The translations under genes were made by a program, and so were the position numbers. The notes under the pieces were generated by a model. That model did no database searches and was not told the DNA's origin. It saw only the letters and a program-made list of their open reading frames with translations. From positions 960-64,959 of the forward strand of contig CAJUTB010000012.1 in the NCBI GenBank assembly GCA_910589315.1: a stretch of 64,000 nt of DNA, in the 5' to 3' direction. The stretch's first letter is position 1; each line of letters opens with the position of its first letter. The DNA comes from an uncultured Oscillibacter sp. (GTDB lineage Bacteria > Bacillota > Clostridia > Oscillospirales > Oscillospiraceae). Positions 39,748 through 48,667 of this stretch are shown here, piece after piece.

Positions 39748-42414
39748 TCAGGCAGGCAGAAGCGTCAGAAGCGTCTGAGCCTGTTCCATCGCCGCGCTGT
39801 CGAAGGCGCAGCCCAGGTTGGTACCGGCCAGATACGCCGCCTGAACATCAAACTGTTCCACGGCGTACTCGGCGGGTATATGTACGCAGTTCCGATACTT
39901 GGCCATACGGGGCATCTGTTCGGCCTTCTCGCCGTCCCGGTCCCGGATGACCCGGGGGGAATAGAGGGTGAAGCCATGGAAATCACTGCCAAGAGCCAGC
40001 ACGCCCAGGGAAGAATTTTTCTCCCAGATGTACCGCCGTCCCGTCAGAGCCTCCAACGCCGTCAGCGGCACATAGTTCCCCGTGCTGTCGGGAATGCGCT
40101 CGTAAATGAATTTACTCCCCAGGTTCGCTTGTTCCTGCGCCATGGACGCCAGCAGCTGGCGGGCCGCACGGTTCCCGGTCTCCTCGTAGTACAGGTGCAG
40201 CGCGAGAATGGCAGTCATTTCGTTGTAACCGCGGTCGTTTCCCGCGCCCAGACTGCCGGCGCCTCCCAGACCGCCGGTTCCGCCTCCGCTCCCCAGGCCG
40301 TCAAGGAACTCATCCACAACGGCTTTCAGCTCCTCTCCGCTTCGCTGGTTCTTCAGCGCGCCGGGGTTCTCTAAAATCGCAGTTTCAATCGTATCAATCA
40401 GGCCCTGACCGCCGCCGTTCAGGAGAAGCTCGTTATAAACCTCCTGCATCGCGGGCAAAACCAGAGACGGAGCCGTGTTCAGCAGGCCGGACAGTGCGCC
40501 GACGGCGTTTCCAGCATTGGCGAGATCGGATAGAGCGTCCTGTTTCAGCTGGGACACCATCGCGCCCAGGGAACCGTCCGAAAGACCGTTTTCCAGAGAC
40601 GACAGCTCCGCCTTTGCGGCGTTCAGCTCGTTTTTGAGATTTCCGTCTTCCGGCGCGGCGGCAGACTGCTCCATCAGATCCGCTATTTTGTCTTGCAGAT
40701 CTGCGATCTGCGCGGTGGTCTCCGCTTCCATGGCGCGAATTTCCTCCTCCACGCCTTCGATCTGCTCCTCCAGCTCCTTGGCCGTGGTCAGGTCGTTTTT
40801 GTCCAGAGCGGACAGCCGCTGAACCTGCAACTCGTTCTTTTCCTCAATCAGGCGGTCCATCTCGTTGCCGCCGTTTGCCAGTTCCAGAGAGCGGAATTTC
40901 CGGGTCAAATACTCAATGTGGGCCTCTATGGACGCCTGGGACGTTTCCTCGAAATCGTCTCGGGGCACCGAACTGCCATAGCCGCCCGCCTGGCTTAAAC
41001 GTTCGTCAAGAAACGCCATACCGCTTTCATGGTCCACGCGGCTGCACTTGGCTTCGATCAGGAATTCCAGCTCGCCCCGGCAGGTATTGACAAAGCCCTC
41101 GTTTTCCCGAATAAACCGGTTCAGCAGAGCCTGAGCGGAACCCTTGGCCTTCTCCGCCTGATACTCGCCGCTCTCTCCCTGTCCCAACGCGCCCAGGTAA
41201 GCCCCCGTTGCCTCGGACAGCAGACGGTTTTCCAAAAGCGCGAGCTCCCGCGGGCGGTCCGAAATCACATCGTTCAGGATATTGTCCAGCAGAATCAGAT
41301 TCTGAACATCCGTGCCGCAGGCGGAGTGCGTCCCCGATTTCGCATGGTCAATCAGCGAATTGGAAAAGGAATATTCCGCCCGGCTCATCACCGTCACGCC
41401 CTCGTCCAGCATCTTGCCGCCGTAGGTTATCATAGACGCGCGCACATTGTTCAGGCTCTCCGAAACCGCGCTCATCATCTCCGGGTCGGTTTCCGCAATA
41501 TCGACGCTGGCAGGTTCCTCCGCCGCTTCCCCGCCATCGTCTTCCGATTCGTCGCCTTCCCCGCCGTCTCCTTCGCCGCCGGGTTCGCTTCCGCCGCCTT
41601 CGTCAAGGGGACTGGAGGTCCCGGAACCGCCGCCCAGCTCGTCCAGGTATTCTTCCAGGGCCTTTTCCAAAACGGCATACACTTCGTAACGCCTCGCGGC
41701 GTCCACCGCCGCCATTACGCCGGAAACCTTGCCGGTTTCATCAGCAGGCGCGTCGTTGGCGGACAAAACGTTCAGATAGCCTTGCAGGCCGGACAGCTTT
41801 TCTTCCAGCTCCGCCACTGCCGCCACGCCCTGTTCTCCGCTCACCGGCGTCTGCCAAATCTCGTCAATGCGTTTGGAAACGTCATTTTCCTCCTGAAGTT
41901 CAATGATCAAATCATACTGCATTTTCAGCGGCTGCAATTCCTCCATGGACTCCAAATCATAGGGGTCCCGGATGTCGAAAACGTTCACCGCCTGCCCCGT
42001 CCGCAGGTCGTAGGTCACTTTGTCGGACTTGGTGTGATGGGTGAAAAACAGTGCCTTCATTTCCTCGTCCGTGACGGGGGAGCCGCCCAGGGTGATGTCA
42101 TCCAGGGACGACGCGGCGGAGATGTCGAACCAGGCCCCGCCGCCCAGCTCGGATTTGTAGTAAATCCGGTTCTGCCCAGATTCTTCCGCCGACTTCTCCG
42201 CCACCTCGTACAAACTGTCGTTCAAGGCGGAAAGATGAATCAAATGGGAACCGATTGCCAGGGTCGAGGGTTCAATTTCGGCGGGATCGATATGCACTGC
42301 CAGATTTTCGTCCCAAAAGCCCTGGGCATACAGGGTTCCCAGCGTCAGGACGCCTGCTGCCAGCAGGACGGCCGCCGCGGCCAGAAGCCGCCGGGGACAG
42401 GTTTTCGTTTTCAT
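39748..42414 (-). CDS. Large exported acidic coiled-coil protein with C-terminal stalk (Cu amine oxidase N-like) domain
   Basis: Signal/anchor sequence (RRLLAAAAVLLAAGVLTLGTLYA), Gly/Glu-rich linkers, heptad region, and C-terminal YVPLTALEALTG..Y.W...VHIP..YAVEQF; ATG 42414 with AAAGGAGG RBS (888 aa). Confidence 0.7.
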   Translation of the reverse strand: MKTKTCPRRLLAAAAVLLAAGVLTLGTLYAQGFWDENLAVHIDPAEIEPSTLAIGSHLIHLSALNDSLYEVAEKSAEESGQNRIYYKSELGGGAWFDISAASSLDDITLGGSPVTDEEMKALFFTHHTKSDKVTYDLRTGQAVNVFDIRDPYDLESMEELQPLKMQYDLIIELQEENDVSKRIDEIWQTPVSGEQGVAAVAELEEKLSGLQGYLNVLSANDAPADETGKVSGVMAAVDAARRYEVYAVLEKALEEYLDELGGGSGTSSPLDEGGGSEPGGEGDGGEGDESEDDGGEAAEEPASVDIAETDPEMMSAVSESLNNVRASMITYGGKMLDEGVTVMSRAEYSFSNSLIDHAKSGTHSACGTDVQNLILLDNILNDVISDRPRELALLENRLLSEATGAYLGALGQGESGEYQAEKAKGSAQALLNRFIRENEGFVNTCRGELEFLIEAKCSRVDHESGMAFLDERLSQAGGYGSSVPRDDFEETSQASIEAHIEYLTRKFRSLELANGGNEMDRLIEEKNELQVQRLSALDKNDLTTAKELEEQIEGVEEEIRAMEAETTAQIADLQDKIADLMEQSAAAPEDGNLKNELNAAKAELSSLENGLSDGSLGAMVSQLKQDALSDLANAGNAVGALSGLLNTAPSLVLPAMQEVYNELLLNGGGQGLIDTIETAILENPGALKNQRSGEELKAVVDEFLDGLGSGGGTGGLGGAGSLGAGNDRGYNEMTAILALHLYYEETGNRAARQLLASMAQEQANLGSKFIYERIPDSTGNYVPLTALEALTGRRYIWEKNSSLGVLALGSDFHGFTLYSPRVIRDRDGEKAEQMPRMAKYRNCVHIPAEYAVEQFDVQAAYLAGTNLGCAFDSAAMEQAQTLLTLLPA

Positions 42415-42428
42415 GACGGCCTCCTTTC

Positions 42429-44441
42429 TCATGCGGGGTTCACATCCGTAAACAGCTCTTGCGTCGCCGTGTCAAAACGAACGTCCATCACGTGTCCGCC
42501 CTCGCTGTCGTACAGGCTCGCGGTCACGTTTTCCAGACTGACAATCAGCAGTGTCAAATAGGTGAAGCTCTGGGTGAGCGGCTGGCGTTCCGTGGTGTAG
42601 ACGCCTTGGTTTTCATAAGTCAGCGTATAGGCGGAAGCGTTTTCCACGGCGTTCAAACGCAGCTTCAATTCCGACACGGACACGCCGCCCTGGGTGGTCG
42701 TGCTGACCGCATAGGCGCCCACGATCCGGGTTTCCGGCGGCGGTTTTTCCGGCTGGATGTCCAGCGTGTCCCGCGGAATCGAGGCGTCAATCCCGCACTC
42801 GGTAACAAAGGAATCGCCGTTGTACAGCCGCAGCGTCAGACGGTTCGTGTCGCGGTAATCCAGCGTCAAATGCCGCAGCTCCTCGCCTGTGGCGGTCCGC
42901 GTTCCAATCTGCGTCCCGTCATACCAGACCTCGAAGCTGTCCACCGCAGGCGCAAAGCCGTCGGGGATGCTCACGCCGATGTAAAAAGTCAGGTCCGCCA
43001 CGCTGGAGTAAATGTAATAGTAAGGATCGTGAATCGGGTCCAGCAGCGCGTAAGCGTCGCCGCCCTCGCCGGCGTTCAGGTCCATCCCGGAATCCCGCAG
43101 ATATTTGGTAATCGCGCCGCAGGTCAATCGGTCAAACTCGCTCAAAAGATCGTTGTAGTCTTTCAGTGCGTCTATCGTGTCCTGTTGGGCGTTCTGATAA
43201 TCCGTCTGGGCGTCCGCCGTTTCCTCATAGGACGCTTTCCCCAGCTGGTTCAGCACAAGGATTTTTTCCAGCGTCCTCTGGGCGTCCGCCGACAGCTTTT
43301 GCAGCGTTTCAAAGGAATTCCAGCTCGTCACCAGCGACTCGTAGGTATCCCGCACCTGCGCCCGCAGCTCCCGTTCCATGGCGTCCTGTTCCCGTTTTGC
43401 GTTGGCGTACTCCATGCAGGCCGTATACACGGCGTACATTTCGTCTTCAATATAACGTGTTCCATCGATTTCGCCCTTGAACCATTCCATAGTAAAGGTG
43501 AAAAACAAAATCCGCAGTTTCCCGCTCCACGGCTTATCCAGAGCCGTCAGCATTTCCCGGTATTTCAGCTGAAACGCGCCGTAGTCCACATCCATTCCCT
43601 GTTTTGCCATATTGATGTATACCTGGATATTGTTCATTTTGGAGCCATATTCGTTCCGCATCAGGCTCTCGTAGGACTCTATATTCAGCAGCGCAACGGA
43701 AGCGGCGGCCTTTGTCTCGTAAAATGTTTGGTCATGGTCCAGGGTGTATTGAATCAGGTCCTCTAACCGTTCCCTGGGGATCGCGGCGGTTTTGAAGCCG
43801 TTGAGAAACCGGTATCCGGTGGTCACATCCATGCCAATCAGCTCCGACAGCCTTTCCTTAGCCGTCTGGAAATCTCTCAGCTGGTTTGCAAGCTCCCGCG
43901 TCAGCGTATCCACGCTGCTTTGCGCCCGGTCCACGCTGGTCTGGGTTGCCTTGCCGGACGCCAGCTTCGCACGATTGCGCGTCAGCTGCGTTTCCGCGTC
44001 GTTTAACCGTTCCTGGGTAAAAGCGGAGCTTTCCTGAAGCAGATAGACGTCATGGTAGGCGGAATTGACCTCGTAAATAATCTGGTATTCCAGGTCCGCC
44101 AGCTTATGCGTCATGTTGTCGATTTCGGTTTGCAGCGTCAGGGGTTTGATGTTCAGGTCATATTCCTGCGTCAAATCCAGCTGCTGCGGAAATTTGAAGC
44201 TCAGCAGCGGCGACCAGCGAAAACTCCGCAGGTTTTTGACCTTTGCCCGGATGCCCTCCACGGCCTCCACGTATTTCATCCGCTGCAAAATAATTTTGTT
44301 GTTCTGCCGGCTGATGTCTTTGCTGATACTCAAGGCCATCCGCTGCGCCTGTTCCAGCCGCAGCACCCGCGTTTCCAACGCCGCGTTTACAGGAGTGGCC
44401 AGTATCACGGCGCACAAGACCAGCGCGAGAATCCGTTTCAT
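42429..44441 (-). CDS. Secreted TolC-like (OEP-repeat) helical protein with C-terminal beta-rich region
   Basis: Signal peptide MKRILALVLCAVILATPVNA; two repeats starting LRLEQAQRMALSIS and LEDLIQYTLDHD, each followed by V..AY/TY..L...GKA(T/S); ATG 44441 with GGAGG RBS (670 aa). Confidence 0.65.
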   Translation of the reverse strand: MKRILALVLCAVILATPVNAALETRVLRLEQAQRMALSISKDISRQNNKIILQRMKYVEAVEGIRAKVKNLRSFRWSPLLSFKFPQQLDLTQEYDLNIKPLTLQTEIDNMTHKLADLEYQIIYEVNSAYHDVYLLQESSAFTQERLNDAETQLTRNRAKLASGKATQTSVDRAQSSVDTLTRELANQLRDFQTAKERLSELIGMDVTTGYRFLNGFKTAAIPRERLEDLIQYTLDHDQTFYETKAAASVALLNIESYESLMRNEYGSKMNNIQVYINMAKQGMDVDYGAFQLKYREMLTALDKPWSGKLRILFFTFTMEWFKGEIDGTRYIEDEMYAVYTACMEYANAKREQDAMERELRAQVRDTYESLVTSWNSFETLQKLSADAQRTLEKILVLNQLGKASYEETADAQTDYQNAQQDTIDALKDYNDLLSEFDRLTCGAITKYLRDSGMDLNAGEGGDAYALLDPIHDPYYYIYSSVADLTFYIGVSIPDGFAPAVDSFEVWYDGTQIGTRTATGEELRHLTLDYRDTNRLTLRLYNGDSFVTECGIDASIPRDTLDIQPEKPPPETRIVGAYAVSTTTQGGVSVSELKLRLNAVENASAYTLTYENQGVYTTERQPLTQSFTYLTLLIVSLENVTASLYDSEGGHVMDVRFDTATQELFTDVNPA

Positions 44442-44541
44442 CCAGCCTTCCTCCTCCCGATACGTTTGCCTCCGGCGGCCTGCTTTTTCTCGAGAGAAAA
44501 AGCAGGCAAAAAGAGCTTTCACACGCCGCGGCTTCCGGCGT

Positions 44542-45765
44542 TTACGATTTTTCCAGTGCGTACATGACAAATTCCGCCCGTCCCGCGCCTGTGAAATAGA
44601 AGGTATACAACAGCCCGTCTTTTTCGAAGGTATACAGGTACATTTTTACCCGGCGGTCGTATTGGGACACGGTAAAGACGTTTTCCAGGGATTCTTCCGC
44701 CAGCATCCGCACGCTTTCCAGCTCATCCGGGTTTTCCGCCGCCAGACGGTTCCACGCCGCCGCCTCCGCCAGCGTCACCCAGGACTCGCCGAAGTACAGC
44801 GGCTGTCCCAGCGACGCGATCAGCTGCCGCACGGTGGTACAGGCTCCATTTTCCAGCGGGATCCAGTTCCGCAGCACGAAAATCTTATTCACGGTCCATT
44901 CGTTTTCCAATGCGTTTTCGCCGCTTTCCACCGCATACGCCGCCCCGATCTCCGCCATGACGGCACACGCCTCGCCCTCGCTTTGATACACGGCGGTTTC
45001 GCCCGTGTACATCTCCGCCGCTTCACTGGCGGGCCGGTTCAGGAAGTCGTGAAAAACGATTTCGTCATTGAGAAAATTCCCCTGGAAAATCACGTCCCCT
45101 ACGCCGTTGTACAGCGTTCCCCGCCCGGTTCGCCGCCCGAACACATACCCGCCGTCGTATTCCAGAGCTCCGCTGGAACGGAAATATTTTCCGGTTCCGT
45201 TGAACTCGTTGTCGGTGAAGCTGCCGGTATACTGCGGCCTTCCGCCGGCATAGTAGAGGGTGCCTTCCCCATTGTACATGCTGTTTTCAAACTGTCCTTC
45301 ATAACGCAGCCCGCCGTCTGCGCTGTACAGCGCGCCCATTCCGGACGCCGCCCCCTTTTCCACCTCGCCGATATAGGCTATATGTCCGTCCCGCGCCACG
45401 ATCTGTACGGTGCCGCTGCAAAATTTCAGCGGAATGGAGCGGTAGCGGTAAGAGGGAATTCCGCCTGCCCCCATGTGGCCGGGGAACCCCTCCGGCATCA
45501 TGGACGCTATGTAAATGGCCGACGCCAAGCCCAGTCCAACCACCAGCGCGAAGGCCAAACGCTTGCTGACCAGCCAGCGGAAAACCGGGTAATAGTCCCT
45601 CCGGTGCCTGGGCCGCACATCCAGCAGCCGTGCGAAAAACTCGCGTATCCGAAGCAGGAATCGGGACCGCAGGTATGTGGGAGAAGTCCACATCCGCACC
45701 CGAATCCACAGCGGCATAATGCGCGCCCGCACCGTTGCCAGCAGCATTGTCAGGATGTTCCGCAT
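44542..45765 (-). CDS. Membrane-anchored MORN-repeat protein
   Basis: Basic N-terminus, one TM helix (LAFALVVGLGLASAIYIA), about five repeats of the type YEGQFENSMYNGEGTLYY. Confidence 0.8.
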   Translation of the reverse strand: MRNILTMLLATVRARIMPLWIRVRMWTSPTYLRSRFLLRIREFFARLLDVRPRHRRDYYPVFRWLVSKRLAFALVVGLGLASAIYIASMMPEGFPGHMGAGGIPSYRYRSIPLKFCSGTVQIVARDGHIAYIGEVEKGAASGMGALYSADGGLRYEGQFENSMYNGEGTLYYAGGRPQYTGSFTDNEFNGTGKYFRSSGALEYDGGYVFGRRTGRGTLYNGVGDVIFQGNFLNDEIVFHDFLNRPASEAAEMYTGETAVYQSEGEACAVMAEIGAAYAVESGENALENEWTVNKIFVLRNWIPLENGACTTVRQLIASLGQPLYFGESWVTLAEAAAWNRLAAENPDELESVRMLAEESLENVFTVSQYDRRVKMYLYTFEKDGLLYTFYFTGAGRAEFVMYALEKS

Positions 45766-45802
45766 ATCTCACCCTCCCCGCTTTCCGGAATGTTTCGCCG
45801 GA

Positions 45803-47767
45803 TCATTCGCTGAACAGCCGGTAATCCGCCGCTCCGTTCTCCTGGTTGAAGAACCGCTCACAGGTGAATAAATACCACCGTGCAACGCCGTCCTCCGGCG
45901 AAGCCCGCAGGAGACTGGAGAAAATCCCCCGGGCCAGATAGAAGTCATTATGGTAAAAGAGATTCAACGCCTCCTGGAACCGCTTGTCGTAGCTCTTGCG
46001 AAGTTCCCGTTCCAATTCCGGATAGGCGTCCAGAATCTCATACAGCTTATAGGACTTTTCTCCATCGGAGACAAAGCCGATATACCGTCCGGAGAACTGG
46101 TCCCCCAACTGCCGCCAGTAGCTTTCCGTTACGACAATCCGCACGCCCGTTTCCTGAAACCGGGGCGCAAAGCTGCCCAAAAATTCCAGCTCCGCCGACG
46201 AGAGATAGGGGAACAGCCGCTCCTCCCGGCCCGCCACGCCGTACAAAAACGACGCCTGATGCAGCATCAGCAGCGGTTTGGGCGCAGGCGTGCCCTTCGC
46301 AGGCTTCGCCTGCCCAAGAAAGTCCAGTCCGGCCCGCACGCCGTCCCCGGCGGAATTCGGGAACATCGCCTCCATGGAGGACAGCCGCATTCCGCTGGAC
46401 AGCAGCCAGCCCCGGTTGGCTTCTACACAGTCGTAGAAAATACCAAAGCTGTGGTTGATGAACTCGACGAACTGGCCGTCCTCCAGCATTCTCCGGGCCT
46501 CGTCCCGGTTGCCTACGGAAAATAATCCCACGTTGCCCGACACCCGGCGGCTGTCTCCCAGGTCCACTTCCGCCACCGCCGCCCGCGCCAGCAGCTCTGT
46601 CAGCTGCTGCGGCACAAAACGCCGGTAAGAACGGACCGTGCATTGCAGCTCGTATTCCCGGATGGAAAGCCCCATACACATCTCCTGCATGGCCCGGTCC
46701 ATCCGGTGCAGCTCATCCCGCCCCTGGGACACCTCCCGCGGGCGGATAATTCCACTGGAAATCTTATCCATTTGTTCTGTCATCACCGCAATCAATCGCG
46801 TCATTCTCCCGGACGCGCCCCACAGCAACGCCAACGATGCCGCCCAAACTGCCGCCGCGCCAGCCCCGGCAATCCAAACCGCTTGCCAGGCCGCCAGCAG
46901 ACTTCCGGCGGAACGGGATACCGCCCAGAATACACACCATACCGCCGCCAGCAGCGACAGCAGCAGGATCTCGCCGCCCAATGCGGTCAGCCGGACCGCC
47001 AGACGGTTCGCTCGTTCCCCTGTGTAAACCGCAAGCAGCGCCGTTGCGGCTATGAACAGCCAAAGTCCCGCTGCTACGGCCAAAACCGTCCGTTTGCAGA
47101 GCATCCAGGACGCAGCTGTCCTGGCCCGCACCTCCGGAGCCGGCTGTTCCGCCGCCTCGCTGGTATATGTGCGCGCTCCGCCAACGGACATAAAGCACGT
47201 ATCCCCCTGAGCGGTCGCCGCTCGAAACCGTTCGCCGTCAAACTCCGCCGTCACCGTGTTCCACAGCCACCACGCCGGAGTTATCATATCCAAAGTTGTG
47301 CCTTTGTCCGTATATTCATAAACAAAAATTGCCTCGTTTTCGCCCACGGCAGTGATGTAGACGGTATTCCCCCACACCCGCAGGCCGGTCACATTCATCG
47401 GCTGTTCAAACGTGCCCTCGCTCAGCACTTCCGCCCGGTTGTTTTCCAGGCCCACAAGCTCCCAATCCAGGCCGCCGTCCAGAGTCCGGAGGAAATAGAT
47501 ATGCTCCCCGGACGAAGCTACTCGTGAAATCTCCCGCTCCCGGCCCTGAGAAAGACGGCTCTCCTGGTAAATGTCCTGGATATTGCCGTCCAGCAGCGTA
47601 TAGATGCGGGAGGTCAGCCAGCGGTTTTCCACCGTCAGCTTGCCATCCTCTCCCCAGTCCGCCGGACCGGCCACAAAACCCTCTCCTGGCAGTCCCCAGG
47701 ACATCGCGCCTGTCACAAGCAACATCACAGCCAGCAAGACCGCCAGCCACCCAGCCACTCTTTTCAT
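45803..47767 (-). CDS. Membrane protein with HAMP and degenerate class III nucleotide cyclase domain
   Basis: Signal/TM, extracellular beta region, three TM helices, HAMP (IAVMTEQMDKISSG...RDELHRMDRAMQEM), SYRRFVPQQL..LGD cyclase linker, YGVAG.EER, C-terminal F.EALNLFY..DFYLAR; TGATG overlap with the upstream gene. Confidence 0.75.
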   Translation of the reverse strand: MKRVAGWLAVLLAVMLLVTGAMSWGLPGEGFVAGPADWGEDGKLTVENRWLTSRIYTLLDGNIQDIYQESRLSQGREREISRVASSGEHIYFLRTLDGGLDWELVGLENNRAEVLSEGTFEQPMNVTGLRVWGNTVYITAVGENEAIFVYEYTDKGTTLDMITPAWWLWNTVTAEFDGERFRAATAQGDTCFMSVGGARTYTSEAAEQPAPEVRARTAASWMLCKRTVLAVAAGLWLFIAATALLAVYTGERANRLAVRLTALGGEILLLSLLAAVWCVFWAVSRSAGSLLAAWQAVWIAGAGAAAVWAASLALLWGASGRMTRLIAVMTEQMDKISSGIIRPREVSQGRDELHRMDRAMQEMCMGLSIREYELQCTVRSYRRFVPQQLTELLARAAVAEVDLGDSRRVSGNVGLFSVGNRDEARRMLEDGQFVEFINHSFGIFYDCVEANRGWLLSSGMRLSSMEAMFPNSAGDGVRAGLDFLGQAKPAKGTPAPKPLLMLHQASFLYGVAGREERLFPYLSSAELEFLGSFAPRFQETGVRIVVTESYWRQLGDQFSGRYIGFVSDGEKSYKLYEILDAYPELERELRKSYDKRFQEALNLFYHNDFYLARGIFSSLLRASPEDGVARWYLFTCERFFNQENGAADYRLFSE

Positions 47768-48630
47768 CAAGGCCCCCCTCGGTGCAGATTTTCCGTGCCG
47801 ATCACATCAAAGCGGTGCTGGAACAGCCGCAGCAGCGGAATTTCGCCAAACAGCAGGTTGGAAACCAGCGCTGCCGCCGCCGCCAGCGCCAGTACCGTGC
47901 ACAGCACCAGCAGCAAGCGGAACAGGCCGTCCCGGCGGTCCTGCCAAAAAACCGCCGCCTTGGTTTTCAGGGACGTTTTCTTCGCCGGCAGAGCCGTTAC
48001 CTTGATGTCCTGATACAGCTCGGGAAAACCGTTGTAAACATTTTTCGCGCTTTTGCGGCGAATCAGCTCGTAGCTTTTCAGCCGCTTCCGCCGCCGTTTC
48101 GCCGCAGGCTCCAGCAGTTCCAGCAAAAGCCGGGCGCAGCAGGATACGCAGTTTTTCTCACTTCTCTCCGGATCCAGCTCCGCAAGGTCCAGTAGCAGTG
48201 TGAAATAAACCGTATTGTCTTTTGCAATCTGCACTCCGTCCTGGCGGAGAACCAGGTACAAAAGCGGCCAGGGCAGTCCGGCGGACAGGCACTCCATCAC
48301 CAGATTCACGCAGATGGACTCGCCCAATCCCGGCGTCGCCGCCTGCCCTCTGGCAAACGCGGAGAATTTCCGCTCCTCCCGGTACAAAAAGGCAAACAGC
48401 AGCGTTTCATTTTGAGAGAACCGCAACAGGCAGGGAGATTCTCCCGCCGCCTCGCTGTTTTCCAGCACAGCCAGCAGATTGCGGGCGCACACCCGGTCGT
48501 GAACCGCCAGCAGGGTGTACCGCGTGCCGGAGGCGGACAGCCGGTCCCGGCAAATCAGCACGTCATTAACCGGTCCCCGAAACGCCTCGGAAACCACTTC
48601 GAGCTCCATCCCCTGAGCGTAGTAGACCAT
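47767..48630 (-). CDS. Hypothetical protein with C-terminal TM helix; possible pseudokinase fold
   Basis: Operonic ORF with GGAGG RBS; one TM helix near the C-terminus; spacing of EVVSEAFRGPVNDVLICRD...YTLLAV and LYLVLRQDGVQIAKDNTVYF is reminiscent of kinase subdomains I-II and VIb-VII. Confidence 0.6.
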   Translation of the reverse strand: MVYYAQGMELEVVSEAFRGPVNDVLICRDRLSASGTRYTLLAVHDRVCARNLLAVLENSEAAGESPCLLRFSQNETLLFAFLYREERKFSAFARGQAATPGLGESICVNLVMECLSAGLPWPLLYLVLRQDGVQIAKDNTVYFTLLLDLAELDPERSEKNCVSCCARLLLELLEPAAKRRRKRLKSYELIRRKSAKNVYNGFPELYQDIKVTALPAKKTSLKTKAAVFWQDRRDGLFRLLLVLCTVLALAAAAALVSNLLFGEIPLLRLFQHRFDVIGTENLHRGGP

Positions 48631-48667
48631 TTCCCCGCCTCCCTTCCTGCAATTTCAGGTCTTTTTC

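Noticed and set aside
42429..44570. Longer start for the TolC-like ORF (713 aa)
   Set aside because: The extension runs through the intergenic palindrome; the signal peptide and RBS indicate ATG 44441.
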